Of a stretch of DNA of 64,000 nt, positions 9,159 to 18,285 are shown in pieces. The stretch is from positions 55,415-119,414 of the forward strand of contig JAVQSZ010000006.1 of NCBI GenBank assembly GCA_033581555.1, written 5' to 3'. The DNA comes from Nitrososphaerota archaeon (GTDB taxonomy: Archaea > Thermoproteota > Nitrososphaeria_A > Caldarchaeales > Calditenuaceae). Numbering within the stretch: the stretch's first letter is position 1; every line of letters starts with the position of its first letter. The position numbers were made by a program, and so were the translations under genes. The notes under the pieces are model-generated. The model was not told the origin of the DNA and ran no database searches. It saw only the letters and a list, made by a program, of their open reading frames with translations.

Positions 9159-10541
9159 CTACCCGAAGTACTCGATGACCCGGGCCGGGAACCTCCAGGT
9201 CCCGATGTCTGCGAACCTGTACCTCCCCTCAACCGTCCTGTATTGCCATATCGTGTAGTCGGACCCCAGCGCGTCCCCGTTCGGGTCGAAGGCCTTGTAG
9301 CCCGTCACGCCGACGAACCTCTCCCCGACGATCGGGAGAGCGGCCCTGACGGCGTCGGCGTCGTACCTCCCCGCGTAGAGGATCGCGAGCGCCGCGACCC
9401 ACACGGCGTCGTAGGTGAAGTAGGCGTACGGCGAAGGCTCCCTTCCGAACTTCGCCCTGTAATCGCTCTCGAACTTCGCCGCGAGAGGACCTCCCCTAGG
9501 CGAAGCGAAGACGCCCGTTAGCTTCACGTCGGCGAGGAACTTGGCGACGTCCGGCGAAGCCCTCCCGTCGGGGGCAGGAAGGTAGGCCGCTGGCCTCCTG
9601 AGGGTCTCGGAGCCGTACCACCTGACCCTAGGCAGCCTCGCGTCGAGCCTCGCGTGACCGAGGATGTTGAGGCCGTCGTCCTCGAAGGCGATGATCAGGA
9701 CTGCGGTCTCAGGACCCACGCCGAGCTCCGCGACGATCGAGCTGAGCGAGGAGACTTCGGAGGCGTAATCGGGCTGGCCGACAGTGTAGAGGAGCTTCCT
9801 GACCGTCCCGCCGTACTGGGTCGTGAAGACCCTCTCGAAGGCCTCGGTGAGGCCCCTGCCGTAGTCGTCGTTCCTCGCGATGACCGCTACCCTCTTGATC
9901 CCGTCCCTGTTCATCACTTGGGCGAGGACCTCGGCCTGGAAGAGGTCGGTCGGGACTACCCTGAAGACGTAATCGGAGGCGGCGAGGAGCGGGCTCGTGG
10001 AGGAGGGGCTGATCACGATCATCTTGTTGGTGTTGACGAAGTCCATGATCCCCCTGACCTCACCGGACGCGAAGGGTCCCACGACTACCCTGATTCCGGC
10101 CGCGTACATCGACTGGATCACCCTCAAGGCGTCGGCCGCTGTGCCCTTCGTGTCGTCGTGGACGAACCTGAACCTCACCGGCGAACCTATCGACTCGAGG
10201 TAGGCGTTGATGTGCTCGATCGCGAGGATCCCTCCGTCCCTCCTCACGGGACCGTCGACCGCGTAGGGGCCGCTCACCGCCATCGCGAACCCTATCGTGT
10301 ACTCGACCCTAGTCGGAGCTGCAGTGACGACTGCGGTGGTGACGATCGTCGTCGGGACGGTCCTGGTCACGGTCAGGGTCTGCGCGGCTCCGGGTGCGGT
10401 CACGGTCCTGACCTCGGTCTTGGTGACCGTCTGCTGCGTCGTCGCGAAGTAGCCCGCAACGCCTCCCAGGACGAGGACCAGAACGATCAGGACGGCCGTC
10501 AGCGGCGTCAACTTGCCCTGTCCGGACTGCTTCCAGCTCAT
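9159..10541 (-). CDS. livK: Branched-chain amino acid ABC transporter substrate-binding protein
   Basis: N-terminal TM, Thr/Val-rich linker, ISPSSTSPLL, FRVVPTD, YDAVW; heads the liv operon. Confidence 0.9.
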   Translation of the reverse strand: MSWKQSGQGKLTPLTAVLIVLVLVLGGVAGYFATTQQTVTKTEVRTVTAPGAAQTLTVTRTVPTTIVTTAVVTAAPTRVEYTIGFAMAVSGPYAVDGPVRRDGGILAIEHINAYLESIGSPVRFRFVHDDTKGTAADALRVIQSMYAAGIRVVVGPFASGEVRGIMDFVNTNKMIVISPSSTSPLLAASDYVFRVVPTDLFQAEVLAQVMNRDGIKRVAVIARNDDYGRGLTEAFERVFTTQYGGTVRKLLYTVGQPDYASEVSSLSSIVAELGVGPETAVLIIAFEDDGLNILGHARLDARLPRVRWYGSETLRRPAAYLPAPDGRASPDVAKFLADVKLTGVFASPRGGPLAAKFESDYRAKFGREPSPYAYFTYDAVWVAALAILYAGRYDADAVRAALPIVGERFVGVTGYKAFDPNGDALGSDYTIWQYRTVEGRYRFADIGTWRFPARVIEYFG

Positions 10542-10693
10542 ATGTTAAAAACAGTGGGACTGTCATTTATTCTTACCGGACAACGGCGATCAGATGGCGA
10601 CTGGCGGAGGCCGTCCGTCGGGAGTCCTGACGCGGCGAGCACGGAGGTCCACGGTGACTCGGTTATTTGTACCGGCACGAGGACGAAATCTGA

Positions 10694-10791
10694 GGGCCCG
10701 TAGCTCAGCCCGGACGGAGCGCTGGCCTTCGGCGCACGGTCAAATCGGTGGGGAGAGCCAGAGGTCCCGGGTTCGAGTCCCGGCGGGCCCG
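10694..10791 (+). tRNA. tRNA-Arg(TCG) with 23-nt intron at 37/38 (intron 10733-10755)
   Basis: Acceptor GGGCCCG/CGGGCCC, D arm GCTC/GAGC, anticodon stem CTGGC/GCCAG, loop CT-TCG-G^A, T arm CCGGG-TTCGAGT-CCCGG; CCA not encoded. Confidence 0.93.
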
Positions 10792-10834
10792 CCGACAACG
10801 CTAAAGAGAACGCTTGGGTGAGGCAGGGAAGGCG

Positions 10835-12040
10835 ATGACCGCGAACCGGGCTAGAAGCCTCTGGGGGACAGACCCCGTTTTGATGATCCCGGGCCCGACC
10901 GAGCTACACCCGAGGGTCAGGAGGGCCGCGGTCGGGAGGTCCTACCCACACTACGGAGAGGTCTGGAAGGAGAAGATTGAGAGGGCGATCGGGCTGGCAG
11001 CGGAACTCTTCGGCGCGAGGAGGGGTAGGACGTTGATGGTGCCCGGGCCAGGGACGCTCGCGCTGGAGCTCGGGACGAGGTCAGTCCTCAGGAGGGGCGA
11101 GAAGGCGGTCGTGATCGCGAGCGGCTTCTGGGGCTACAGGTTGGCGGAGCTGGTCAGGTCGATCGGCGGGAGGGCCGTCGTGGTCGAGGCGCCCGAGGGG
11201 AGCGTTCCCTCTATGCAACAGGTTGAGGATGCGGTTGATCGCAACCGCGACGCGACGTGCCTGCTGTCGGTACACGTCGAGACCGCGACCGGGGTGATCC
11301 ACGACATCGGGGGGCTCGCGAGGATCGCGAGGGAAAACGGCATGCTGTTCGTCTGCGACGCGATAGCCTCCTACGGCGCCTTGCCCATCGGGGTCGAGGA
11401 CCTGGGGATAGACGTCTGCGTGGGCCACCCGAACAAGTGCCTGAACAGCATCCCCGGCGCGACGCCGCTCTACGTCAGGGAGGAGATATGGAGCTCGCTG
11501 GAGCGGCTCGCCGACGACGAGGGCTGGATCGCGAACCCGAAGGTCTTCAAGAGGTACCACGACCTCTGGGGCCCCGACGGACATCCGTACTCGACGACGA
11601 TCAACCCGTACGCGGTCCTAGCGTTCATCGAGGCCGCAGAGGTCGCGCTCGAGGAGGGATTGGAGGAGAGGATGAGGAGGCACGCGAGGGTCTCGAGGGC
11701 CTTCCGGAGGGCCGCGTCCGCGATGGCTCTCGGACCGATGGCCGCGTCCGAAGAGGTCGCGGCGCCAACGGTCACGAGCCTCGTCCTCCCTGAGCACCTG
11801 CAGGGAAGGGCGGAGGAGCTCATCGACCTCGTCCTCGAGCGGTACGGCATCATGTTGGCCAACGGGCTCGGGAGCTCCTACGGGAGCGCGGTCAGAGTAG
11901 GGCACATGGGCGTCACCGCGACGGCGAGGTACCTGCTCCCCACGATCGCGGCGATCGGGATGGCGGTCGGGGACCTGACGGGGAGAAGGCCCGACGTCGG
12001 CGACGCGGTCGAGGCCTTCCTCAGCTCCCTGGAGGCCTGA
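10835..12040 (+). CDS. Class V PLP aminotransferase (alanine-glyoxylate/serine-pyruvate family)
   Basis: LMIPGPT, VHVETATGV, VCDAIAS, HPNKCL (PLP Lys), VRVGHMG. Confidence 0.88.
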   Translation: MTANRARSLWGTDPVLMIPGPTELHPRVRRAAVGRSYPHYGEVWKEKIERAIGLAAELFGARRGRTLMVPGPGTLALELGTRSVLRRGEKAVVIASGFWGYRLAELVRSIGGRAVVVEAPEGSVPSMQQVEDAVDRNRDATCLLSVHVETATGVIHDIGGLARIARENGMLFVCDAIASYGALPIGVEDLGIDVCVGHPNKCLNSIPGATPLYVREEIWSSLERLADDEGWIANPKVFKRYHDLWGPDGHPYSTTINPYAVLAFIEAAEVALEEGLEERMRRHARVSRAFRRAASAMALGPMAASEEVAAPTVTSLVLPEHLQGRAEELIDLVLERYGIMLANGLGSSYGSAVRVGHMGVTATARYLLPTIAAIGMAVGDLTGRRPDVGDAVEAFLSSLEA

Positions 12041-12446
12041 ACAGCTCGGAGACGCTCCTCATCCCACGCCTGTACCTCGAAGTCCTCCTCAGTCTCTCCC
12101 TCGGGCCAGTCAGCAGCTTCACGGATCCGCCGAACCTGCGCGTCAGCCTCCTCAGGTGAGCCTCTCCCTCCCGGTCGAGGTCCGTCAGGACGACGACCTC
12201 GCTCGCTTCTCCTCTGGCGACCCGCTCCTCGAACTCGGAGAGCGTGAGTACTCTGCACTTGACGCCCGCGGACATCAACGCCTCCGCGTCAGTCCTCCCC
12301 TCAACGAGCACTGCATTCCCGAGCTGATTCAGCTCCTCTACCAGTGCCACGATCTCAGACCACTCCGTCTCGACGAGCTGAGGTCCGCGAGCTCTCCTCA
12401 CCGGCGTTGAACGCGAGTTCGCCGAAGACATAATTCTATTGGCCAT
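12021..12446 (-). CDS. Stand-alone TOPRIM domain protein (small primase-like); start uncertain
   Basis: VLVEGRTDAEAL and VVLTDLDREGE TOPRIM motifs. Confidence 0.8.
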   Translation of the reverse strand: MANRIMSSANSRSTPVRRARGPQLVETEWSEIVALVEELNQLGNAVLVEGRTDAEALMSAGVKCRVLTLSEFEERVARGEASEVVVLTDLDREGEAHLRRLTRRFGGSVKLLTGPRERLRRTSRYRRGMRSVSELFRPPGS

Positions 12447-12629
12447 CCAGAGCTGCTCGCGACGTTCTCATAAACTGAGAAGGATATGAGACGAAAGTGG
12501 GACCGGTTTGTCACCAGATGGAACGGAAGAGCGGAAGGAATGGGGTTCGCTCGCTCATCGTATTTGAGCAAATCGTTGAAACGCTTTTCTCGGATTCACC
12601 TTTACACGACCCTCCGAGGTGGTGGGAAG

Positions 12630-12779
12630 GTGCGTGTGGTGACCGTTCACCTGCCGGAGGCGTACATCGAGGCGATCGATGAGCTGGTGAAGAAGAAGAG
12701 GTACCCGAACAGGGCCGAGGCCATCAGAATGGCCGTAAGAGACTTCATCAGGACGGAGGCGAAGTTCGGAGTTGAGTGA
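12630..12779 (+). CDS. cdrS: Ribbon-helix-helix (CopG/Arc) regulator, CdrS-like
   Basis: GTG start after GAGGTG; VVTVHLPEAYIEAIDELVKKKRYPNRAEAIRMAVRDFI; overlaps the ftsZ start. Confidence 0.85.
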   Translation: MRVVTVHLPEAYIEAIDELVKKKRYPNRAEAIRMAVRDFIRTEAKFGVE

Positions 12780-13836
12780 GCTCGAGTCGGCGATCAAGAT
12801 CAAGCTGATAGGCGTCGGGGGCGCGGGGTCGAACGCGGTCCACAGGCTGATGGACGTCGGGATATCGGACGTCTACACCATAGCGGCGAACACCGACAAG
12901 CAGCACCTCGACCTGATTAAGTCTCACCAGAAGATCCTGCTGGGCCCGACCGTCTCGAGGAGACACGGGACCGGTGGGAACCCGGAGATGGGCAGGCTGG
13001 CGGCTGAGGAGTCCCTCGACGACATCAGGGCCTCACTGGAGGGAGCCGACCTAGTCTTTGTGACCGCGGGGCTCGGAGGCGGAACAGGGACCGGAGCTGC
13101 GCCCCTGGTCGCGAAGGCGGCGATGGAGCAGGGCTCGATCGTGGTGGGCGTGGTGACGCTGCCGTTCAGGTTCGAGGGCGCGGTGAGGAGGAGGGTCGCG
13201 ATGAGGGGGCTCGATGAGCTCCAGAAGGTCTGCAACACGGTCGTGATCATCGACAACAACAGGCTCCTTGACCTCTACCCGCAGTACGACCTGAACTCGG
13301 CCTTCGCGGTCGCGGACGAGGTGATCCACAACATGGTCCTGAGCATCTCCGAGTCCCTGGTCAGGCCGAGCCTGATCAACATCGACTTCGAGGACTTCAA
13401 GACGGTCGTGAGCAGGGGGAGGATCGCGACGATCGGGCTGGGGAAGAGCAGCTCCCCGAACAGGGCTGAGGAGGCGACCTTCAACGCACTCCAGTCGCCG
13501 CTCCTCGAGGGGACCATCGACGGGATAAGCGCGGCGATCGTTCACGTCAGCGGCGGTGAGGACATGAAGCTGAAGGACGCGACGAGACCTGGAGAGATCG
13601 TCTCGGAGCTGATGGGAGAGGAGGGCCTCGTGATCTGGGGGGCGAGGGTCGACAGGAGGTACGGCTCGACGCTCCACGTCTCGCTGATACTCGCGGGAGG
13701 AGCCTACGTGAAGGGACCCGTCGCGCCCCTGCTCAGGACACCGGCCAGGGAGGAGCCGAAGGCGCCGATCGCGAGGGTCGGGTCGGAGGGCGCCCCGGAG
13801 GACATCGAGAGGCTGCTCGAGGAGCTCGGGGGCTAG
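12772..13836 (+). CDS. ftsZ: Cell division GTPase FtsZ
   Basis: GVGGAGSNAV, AANTD, GLGGGTGTGAAP tubulin signature, PFRFEG, INIDFED T7 loop, VIWGARVD. Confidence 0.95.
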   Translation: MSELESAIKIKLIGVGGAGSNAVHRLMDVGISDVYTIAANTDKQHLDLIKSHQKILLGPTVSRRHGTGGNPEMGRLAAEESLDDIRASLEGADLVFVTAGLGGGTGTGAAPLVAKAAMEQGSIVVGVVTLPFRFEGAVRRRVAMRGLDELQKVCNTVVIIDNNRLLDLYPQYDLNSAFAVADEVIHNMVLSISESLVRPSLINIDFEDFKTVVSRGRIATIGLGKSSSPNRAEEATFNALQSPLLEGTIDGISAAIVHVSGGEDMKLKDATRPGEIVSELMGEEGLVIWGARVDRRYGSTLHVSLILAGGAYVKGPVAPLLRTPAREEPKAPIARVGSEGAPEDIERLLEELGG

Positions 13837-14540
13837 GAGGAGCCTACGGGACCTCCTCGGGCTCCGAACGCCTCCCTCATTTTTTCCACGAGCCCCCTGA
13901 GGTCCTTCACGACCTCTCCGTTCCACCCGACCGGATTCCCATACCTGTCGATCATCACGACCCTCATCCCGACCTTCCTCGCCCCCTCAAGCTCCGCGAG
14001 GGGTCCGTCGCTGACGAAGACGACCTCCTCCGGCCTGGTGCCGAGCATACTCGACGCTACGAGGAAGGCCCTCGGGTCTGGCTTAGCGATCCCGAGCTCG
14101 CAGGAGAAGACGTGGACGTCGATCAGCCTCGAGACCTCGAGGGACCTCCAGATCCCGGGAACCTCCGGAGACGAATTGGAGAGTAGGCCGATCTTCAGGC
14201 CCATCGACCTCAGCTCCCTGATCGAGGGCTCCACGTCCCCGAAAGGCACGACGCAGGACCTCACGAACTCGAGCCTTACCCTCTCGGCCTCCGCTAGCCC
14301 TTGGTCGTCGGCCTCCGCGCCGATCTCCTCAAGGACCCTCCTGATGCACTCCCTTAAGTCACTGCAGGAACCCCTGATCCGCTCCTCGAGCCTCAAGACC
14401 CAGACCTCGGCGAACCTCGCCCGGTCGACACCCAGGGCCTCGCCCATCCTCCTCAGGCTCTCCCTGTGCCCCTCGACCGGGTACCTGGGGACCAACGTCC
14501 CGAAGAGGTCGAAGAGGACCGCCCTCAACGCTCCGCTCAA
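13833..14540 (-). CDS. HAD-superfamily hydrolase
   Basis: FDLFGTL, LLSNS, AKPDPRAF. Confidence 0.9.
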   Translation of the reverse strand: MSGALRAVLFDLFGTLVPRYPVEGHRESLRRMGEALGVDRARFAEVWVLRLEERIRGSCSDLRECIRRVLEEIGAEADDQGLAEAERVRLEFVRSCVVPFGDVEPSIRELRSMGLKIGLLSNSSPEVPGIWRSLEVSRLIDVHVFSCELGIAKPDPRAFLVASSMLGTRPEEVVFVSDGPLAELEGARKVGMRVVMIDRYGNPVGWNGEVVKDLRGLVEKMREAFGARGGPVGSS

Positions 14541-14605
14541 CCCTCACGCTCCGCGGCCTACGTCTACTGCGATCGGCTTAAATCCTCTCCAGAAGGCGAA
14601 ACCCC

Positions 14606-15619
14606 ATGAAAGCTGCGGTCTTCGAGAGGCCCGGAGGCCCAGAGGTCTTGGAATTGAAGGAGGTCGGGCTGCCTCGGAGGCCCGGCGAGGCCGTGATCAG
14701 GGTCGAGGCGACCGGCGTCAACAGGGCAGACGTCTGGCTCAGGTCAGGCCTTTACCCGGCGAAGCTCCCGCACGTGTTGGGGATCGACGTCGCGGGGACG
14801 GTCCTGGAGGACCCCTCGGGAGTGTTCAAGCCCGGCGACAGGGTGCTGATCTACCCGAACGTCGGGTGCGGGAGGTGCGAGCTCTGCGCGGCCGGAGAGG
14901 AGAACCTCTGCCCGAAGGTGGAGCGGGTCGGGTGGCACAGGTGGGGAGGGTACGCGGAGATGGTCTCGGTTCCGAGCAGGGCGCTCGTCGAGATCCCGCA
15001 GAACCTCTCGTTCGAGGAGGCCGCCTCGATACCGATCAACTTCCTGACCTCCTGGGACGCGCTGGTCAGGGCCGCGGCGATTAGACCGACCGATACGGTG
15101 TTGGTGGTAGGCGCTGGCAGCGGCGTCGGGTACGCGGCGATCCAGATCGCGAAGCTCCACGGCTGCAGGGTGATCGCGACGGTCGGGAGCGACGAGAAGG
15201 TCGAGATGGCCTACGGGATCGGGGCTGACCACGTGATCAACAGGAGGGAGTCGGACGTGGTGAAGGAGGTGATGGCGCTCACCAACGGAAGGGGGGTCGA
15301 CGTCGTCTTCGAGCACGCGGGGAAGGACTTCTGGCAGACCGCGCTCAAGTCGCTGGGGCTGAAGGGGAGGCTCGTGACGGTGGGGGCGACGACCGGCCAG
15401 GAAGTCGGGATCGACATCAGGGCGCTCTACAACAAGAGGCATCACTTGATCGGCGCAGGGGTGGGGAGCAAGTCGGACTTCCTCAAGCTCCTCAGGCTCT
15501 TCTCGGAGGGGAGGCTCAGGGCGCTGATCGACAGGGTCTTCAACCTGGAGGAGGCCCGTGAGGCCCACAGGAGGATGGAGGAGTCGAAGCACTTCGGGAA
15601 GATAATACTGAAGCCTTGA
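14606..15619 (+). CDS. Zinc-binding alcohol dehydrogenase / quinone oxidoreductase (MDR family)
   Basis: MKAAVF, GVNRADVW, CGRCELCAAGEENLC, GAGSGVG, HFGKIIL. Confidence 0.88.
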   Translation: MKAAVFERPGGPEVLELKEVGLPRRPGEAVIRVEATGVNRADVWLRSGLYPAKLPHVLGIDVAGTVLEDPSGVFKPGDRVLIYPNVGCGRCELCAAGEENLCPKVERVGWHRWGGYAEMVSVPSRALVEIPQNLSFEEAASIPINFLTSWDALVRAAAIRPTDTVLVVGAGSGVGYAAIQIAKLHGCRVIATVGSDEKVEMAYGIGADHVINRRESDVVKEVMALTNGRGVDVVFEHAGKDFWQTALKSLGLKGRLVTVGATTGQEVGIDIRALYNKRHHLIGAGVGSKSDFLKLLRLFSEGRLRALIDRVFNLEEAREAHRRMEESKHFGKIILKP

Positions 15620-16608
15620 CGTCGCACCCCGGTTACGGATCCAGGCCCGAGCCTCCGCCTCTCAGAGAGGTCATCAGGGCCGAGAGGGAGCTCAGCAGGT
15701 ACCTCAACGAGACGCCGTTGGTCAGCTCGAGGAGGCTCTCGAGGGCGCTGGGGGCCGACGTCTACGTCAAGCTCGAGAACCTCAACCCGACCTTCTCCTT
15801 CAAGGTGCGGGGAGGAATCCACTTCATGCGGGTGATGAGCGAGAGGGGCCTGAAGGGCGTCGTGACCGCGTCTATGGGGAACCACGCCCAGTCGATCGCC
15901 TACGCGGGGTCCATCTTCGGCGTCCCGGTGAAGGTCGTGATGCCCTCCTGGGTCTCGAGGGTGAAGGTCGAGGCTGTGGAGGAGCTCGGGGCCGAGGTGG
16001 TTACGTACGGGTCATACTACGACGAGTCCGCCGAGTACGCCGAGAAGCTCGCCCAGGAGCTGGGGTACTTCTACGTCCACGCGATAGAGGAGAGGCTTCT
16101 GCACGTAGGGGTCGCGACGATGCACCTCGAGGTCCTCGAGCAGCTCCCGGACGTCGAGGTGGTGGTCAACCCGATCGGCGGCGGGACAGGCGCGATAGGC
16201 GCGGTCTCGGTCTACAAGTCAGTCGACCCGAGCATCGAGATCTACGGCGTGCAAGCCGAGGGAGCTGACGCCTTCTACAGGTCCTTCAAGTCAGGGGAGC
16301 CCGTGAACCTCCCCGGCGTCTCGACCAAGGCGGAGGGCCTTGCGGTCGCGAGGACGTACCGGGTGCCCTTCGAGGTCCTGAGGGGAGCGCTGAAGGACGT
16401 CGTGCTCGTGAACGACCGGGAGATGGAGGAGGCGATCAAGGTCCTCTACTGGTCGGTCAGGCAGGTCGCGGAGCTCGCGGGCGCAGCTGCGACGGCAGCG
16501 GCGTTCAAGCTGAAGCGGGAGATATCGGGGAAGAAGGTGGTCCTGATGCTCACCGGTGGAAACATCTCACCGGAGGAGTTTTCGAGGGTCCTTCTCGAGG
16601 GGTCCTGA
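15616..16608 (+). CDS. Threonine/serine dehydratase (PLP fold II)
   Basis: KLENLNPTFSFKVRG, ASMGNHAQ, PIGGG, LTGGN. Confidence 0.9.
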   Translation: MTSHPGYGSRPEPPPLREVIRAERELSRYLNETPLVSSRRLSRALGADVYVKLENLNPTFSFKVRGGIHFMRVMSERGLKGVVTASMGNHAQSIAYAGSIFGVPVKVVMPSWVSRVKVEAVEELGAEVVTYGSYYDESAEYAEKLAQELGYFYVHAIEERLLHVGVATMHLEVLEQLPDVEVVVNPIGGGTGAIGAVSVYKSVDPSIEIYGVQAEGADAFYRSFKSGEPVNLPGVSTKAEGLAVARTYRVPFEVLRGALKDVVLVNDREMEEAIKVLYWSVRQVAELAGAAATAAAFKLKREISGKKVVLMLTGGNISPEEFSRVLLEGS

Positions 16609-16617
16609 ACGCTCAGC

Positions 16618-17304
16618 TCACTTCCTGGCCTTCTTCCTAGAGTACTCGTGGACCTCGCCGGGGTTCAGGACCACCACCTTCACTCCCTTGGCCTTCGCCT
16701 TCACGAGCCTCACGAACTCCATCGGGTCCTGTTTGATCGCGTCGAAGGTGTTGTAGTGCATCGGTATGACGACCTTCGGCCTAATCAGGGAGGCCGCGAC
16801 CGCCGCCTCGGACGGGCCCATCGTGTAGAGCGAGCCGATCGGGAGCAGGGCGACGTCGGGCCTGTAGAGCTGGCCGATCAGCCTCATGTCCCCGAAGACC
16901 GCGGTGTCGCCGGCGTGGTAGATCACCGCCTCCTCGCCGTGCAGGACGACGCCCGTCGGGTTACCGGAGTGGACGGCCGGAGTCAGGGTGACCCTGAGGC
17001 CGTCGGCGTTGAAGGTCCCTCCGACGTTCGCGCCGAAAGTCCTGCTCACGCCGTTCTGTTCCGCCTTGACCTTGAGCTCGTAAATCCCGACGAAGAGCGC
17101 GTCGAACCTCCTGCAGACCTCGAAGGCGTCGCCGACGTGGTCAAAGTGGTCGTGCGTCACGACGACGTAGTCGACCTTCTCGAGCTGGTCCAGCTTCACC
17201 GGCGCGACCGGGTTCTGGGAGATGAAGGGATCTATCAGCACCTTCTTCCCGTCGAGCTCGATGAGCCAAGCGGCGTGGCCCAACCACTTGAGCCTCGCCA
17301 TCAA
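16618..17304 (-). CDS. Metallo-beta-lactamase-fold hydrolase (UPF0173)
   Basis: WLGHA, IDPFI, THDHFDHVGD, YHAGDT, IPMHYNTF. Confidence 0.9.
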   Translation of the reverse strand: MMARLKWLGHAAWLIELDGKKVLIDPFISQNPVAPVKLDQLEKVDYVVVTHDHFDHVGDAFEVCRRFDALFVGIYELKVKAEQNGVSRTFGANVGGTFNADGLRVTLTPAVHSGNPTGVVLHGEEAVIYHAGDTAVFGDMRLIGQLYRPDVALLPIGSLYTMGPSEAAVAASLIRPKVVIPMHYNTFDAIKQDPMEFVRLVKAKAKGVKVVVLNPGEVHEYSRKKARK

Positions 17305-17423
17305 CCTTCAGACGTCAGCCCTCGTGATAGACCTTGTCCGGGAGGAGTCCGCAAGCCGACGGGCCATGCGCCTCCTCCGAGTAACAGATTTATCCGACCC
17401 GAGGGCCTGAGGTCCCGAGATGG

Positions 17424-18236
17424 GTGGGCGCCTTCCAAGTCGGCATCGCCCTGAAGCCCAGCTCGCTAGGTGACGACGAGCGGTCGAAGCTCCGGAGCGC
17501 CCTCTCCCTCCTGAAGCTCTCTGAGGACATAGGGTTAAGCCACCTCGTGCTGGACTCGGAGAGGGAGGTCGACGACCTCTCGCTTAAGTCGATCGGGCTT
17601 CTTGCGGAGGAGGCGGGCTCGACGAAGCTGGTCGTGACGGTCCCCGTGAGGAGGCGTGACGCGAGGGAGAGGTTCGAGGGCCTCCGCGGGCTGGTAGCGG
17701 GGTCGCAGGGCCTCGTGCTCTGCCTCGTCGCGGGACACCCGTCCTACCTCGACGGTGGAGGTCCTCGGGTCGGGGCGGGTGCGCTCCTGAGGGCCTACGC
17801 GGCAGAGGCCGCTGAGCTCAACGGGCACGGGAGGGAGCTGCTGGTGGGGACCGAGCGCGTCGAGAGGGCCGTGCTCTCGCTGGGCTGGATCAGGTCGGTC
17901 GTTCCCTTCGTCTTGATGGACTCCAACTCCCGCCTCTGGGCTGAGACCTTCGGCAGGGTTTGGGAGAGGGTCGCGGTCTACGTCCCGCTCTTCGTCGGCG
18001 AGCCCTCCGAGGACGCGATGGCAAGGATGAGGGCCTACGTCTCAAGGAGGCCGAACTACAGGGGCGCGAACGGACAGGACCTCGAGGAAGGGTTGAGGGA
18101 GCTGACGGTCTTCGGGCGGCCGGAGGAGGTGAGGGCCAGGATCGAGAGGCTCGGGGAGATGGGCTTCGGCCTGGTGGTCGGGTGGCTCATCGACCCGTCG
18201 CCGGAGCAGCTCAGGAGGCTCTCGAGGGCCCTCTGA
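17424..18236 (+). CDS. Uncharacterised protein, divergent luciferase-like (LLM) TIM barrel
   Basis: Host-like codon usage; C-terminal VFGRPEEVRARIERLGEMGF resembles the LLM-family terminus. Confidence 0.5.
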   Translation: MGAFQVGIALKPSSLGDDERSKLRSALSLLKLSEDIGLSHLVLDSEREVDDLSLKSIGLLAEEAGSTKLVVTVPVRRRDARERFEGLRGLVAGSQGLVLCLVAGHPSYLDGGGPRVGAGALLRAYAAEAAELNGHGRELLVGTERVERAVLSLGWIRSVVPFVLMDSNSRLWAETFGRVWERVAVYVPLFVGEPSEDAMARMRAYVSRRPNYRGANGQDLEEGLRELTVFGRPEEVRARIERLGEMGFGLVVGWLIDPSPEQLRRLSRAL

Positions 18237-18285
18237 CCTCTCCGAACCGCGGCTCACCTCTATCCCCGACCCGTCCGCAGTAACT

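Noticed and set aside
10551-10563. ACAGT-GGG-ACTGT palindrome before livK
   Set aside because: Only 5-bp arms and not repeated at the second liv promoter; could be chance
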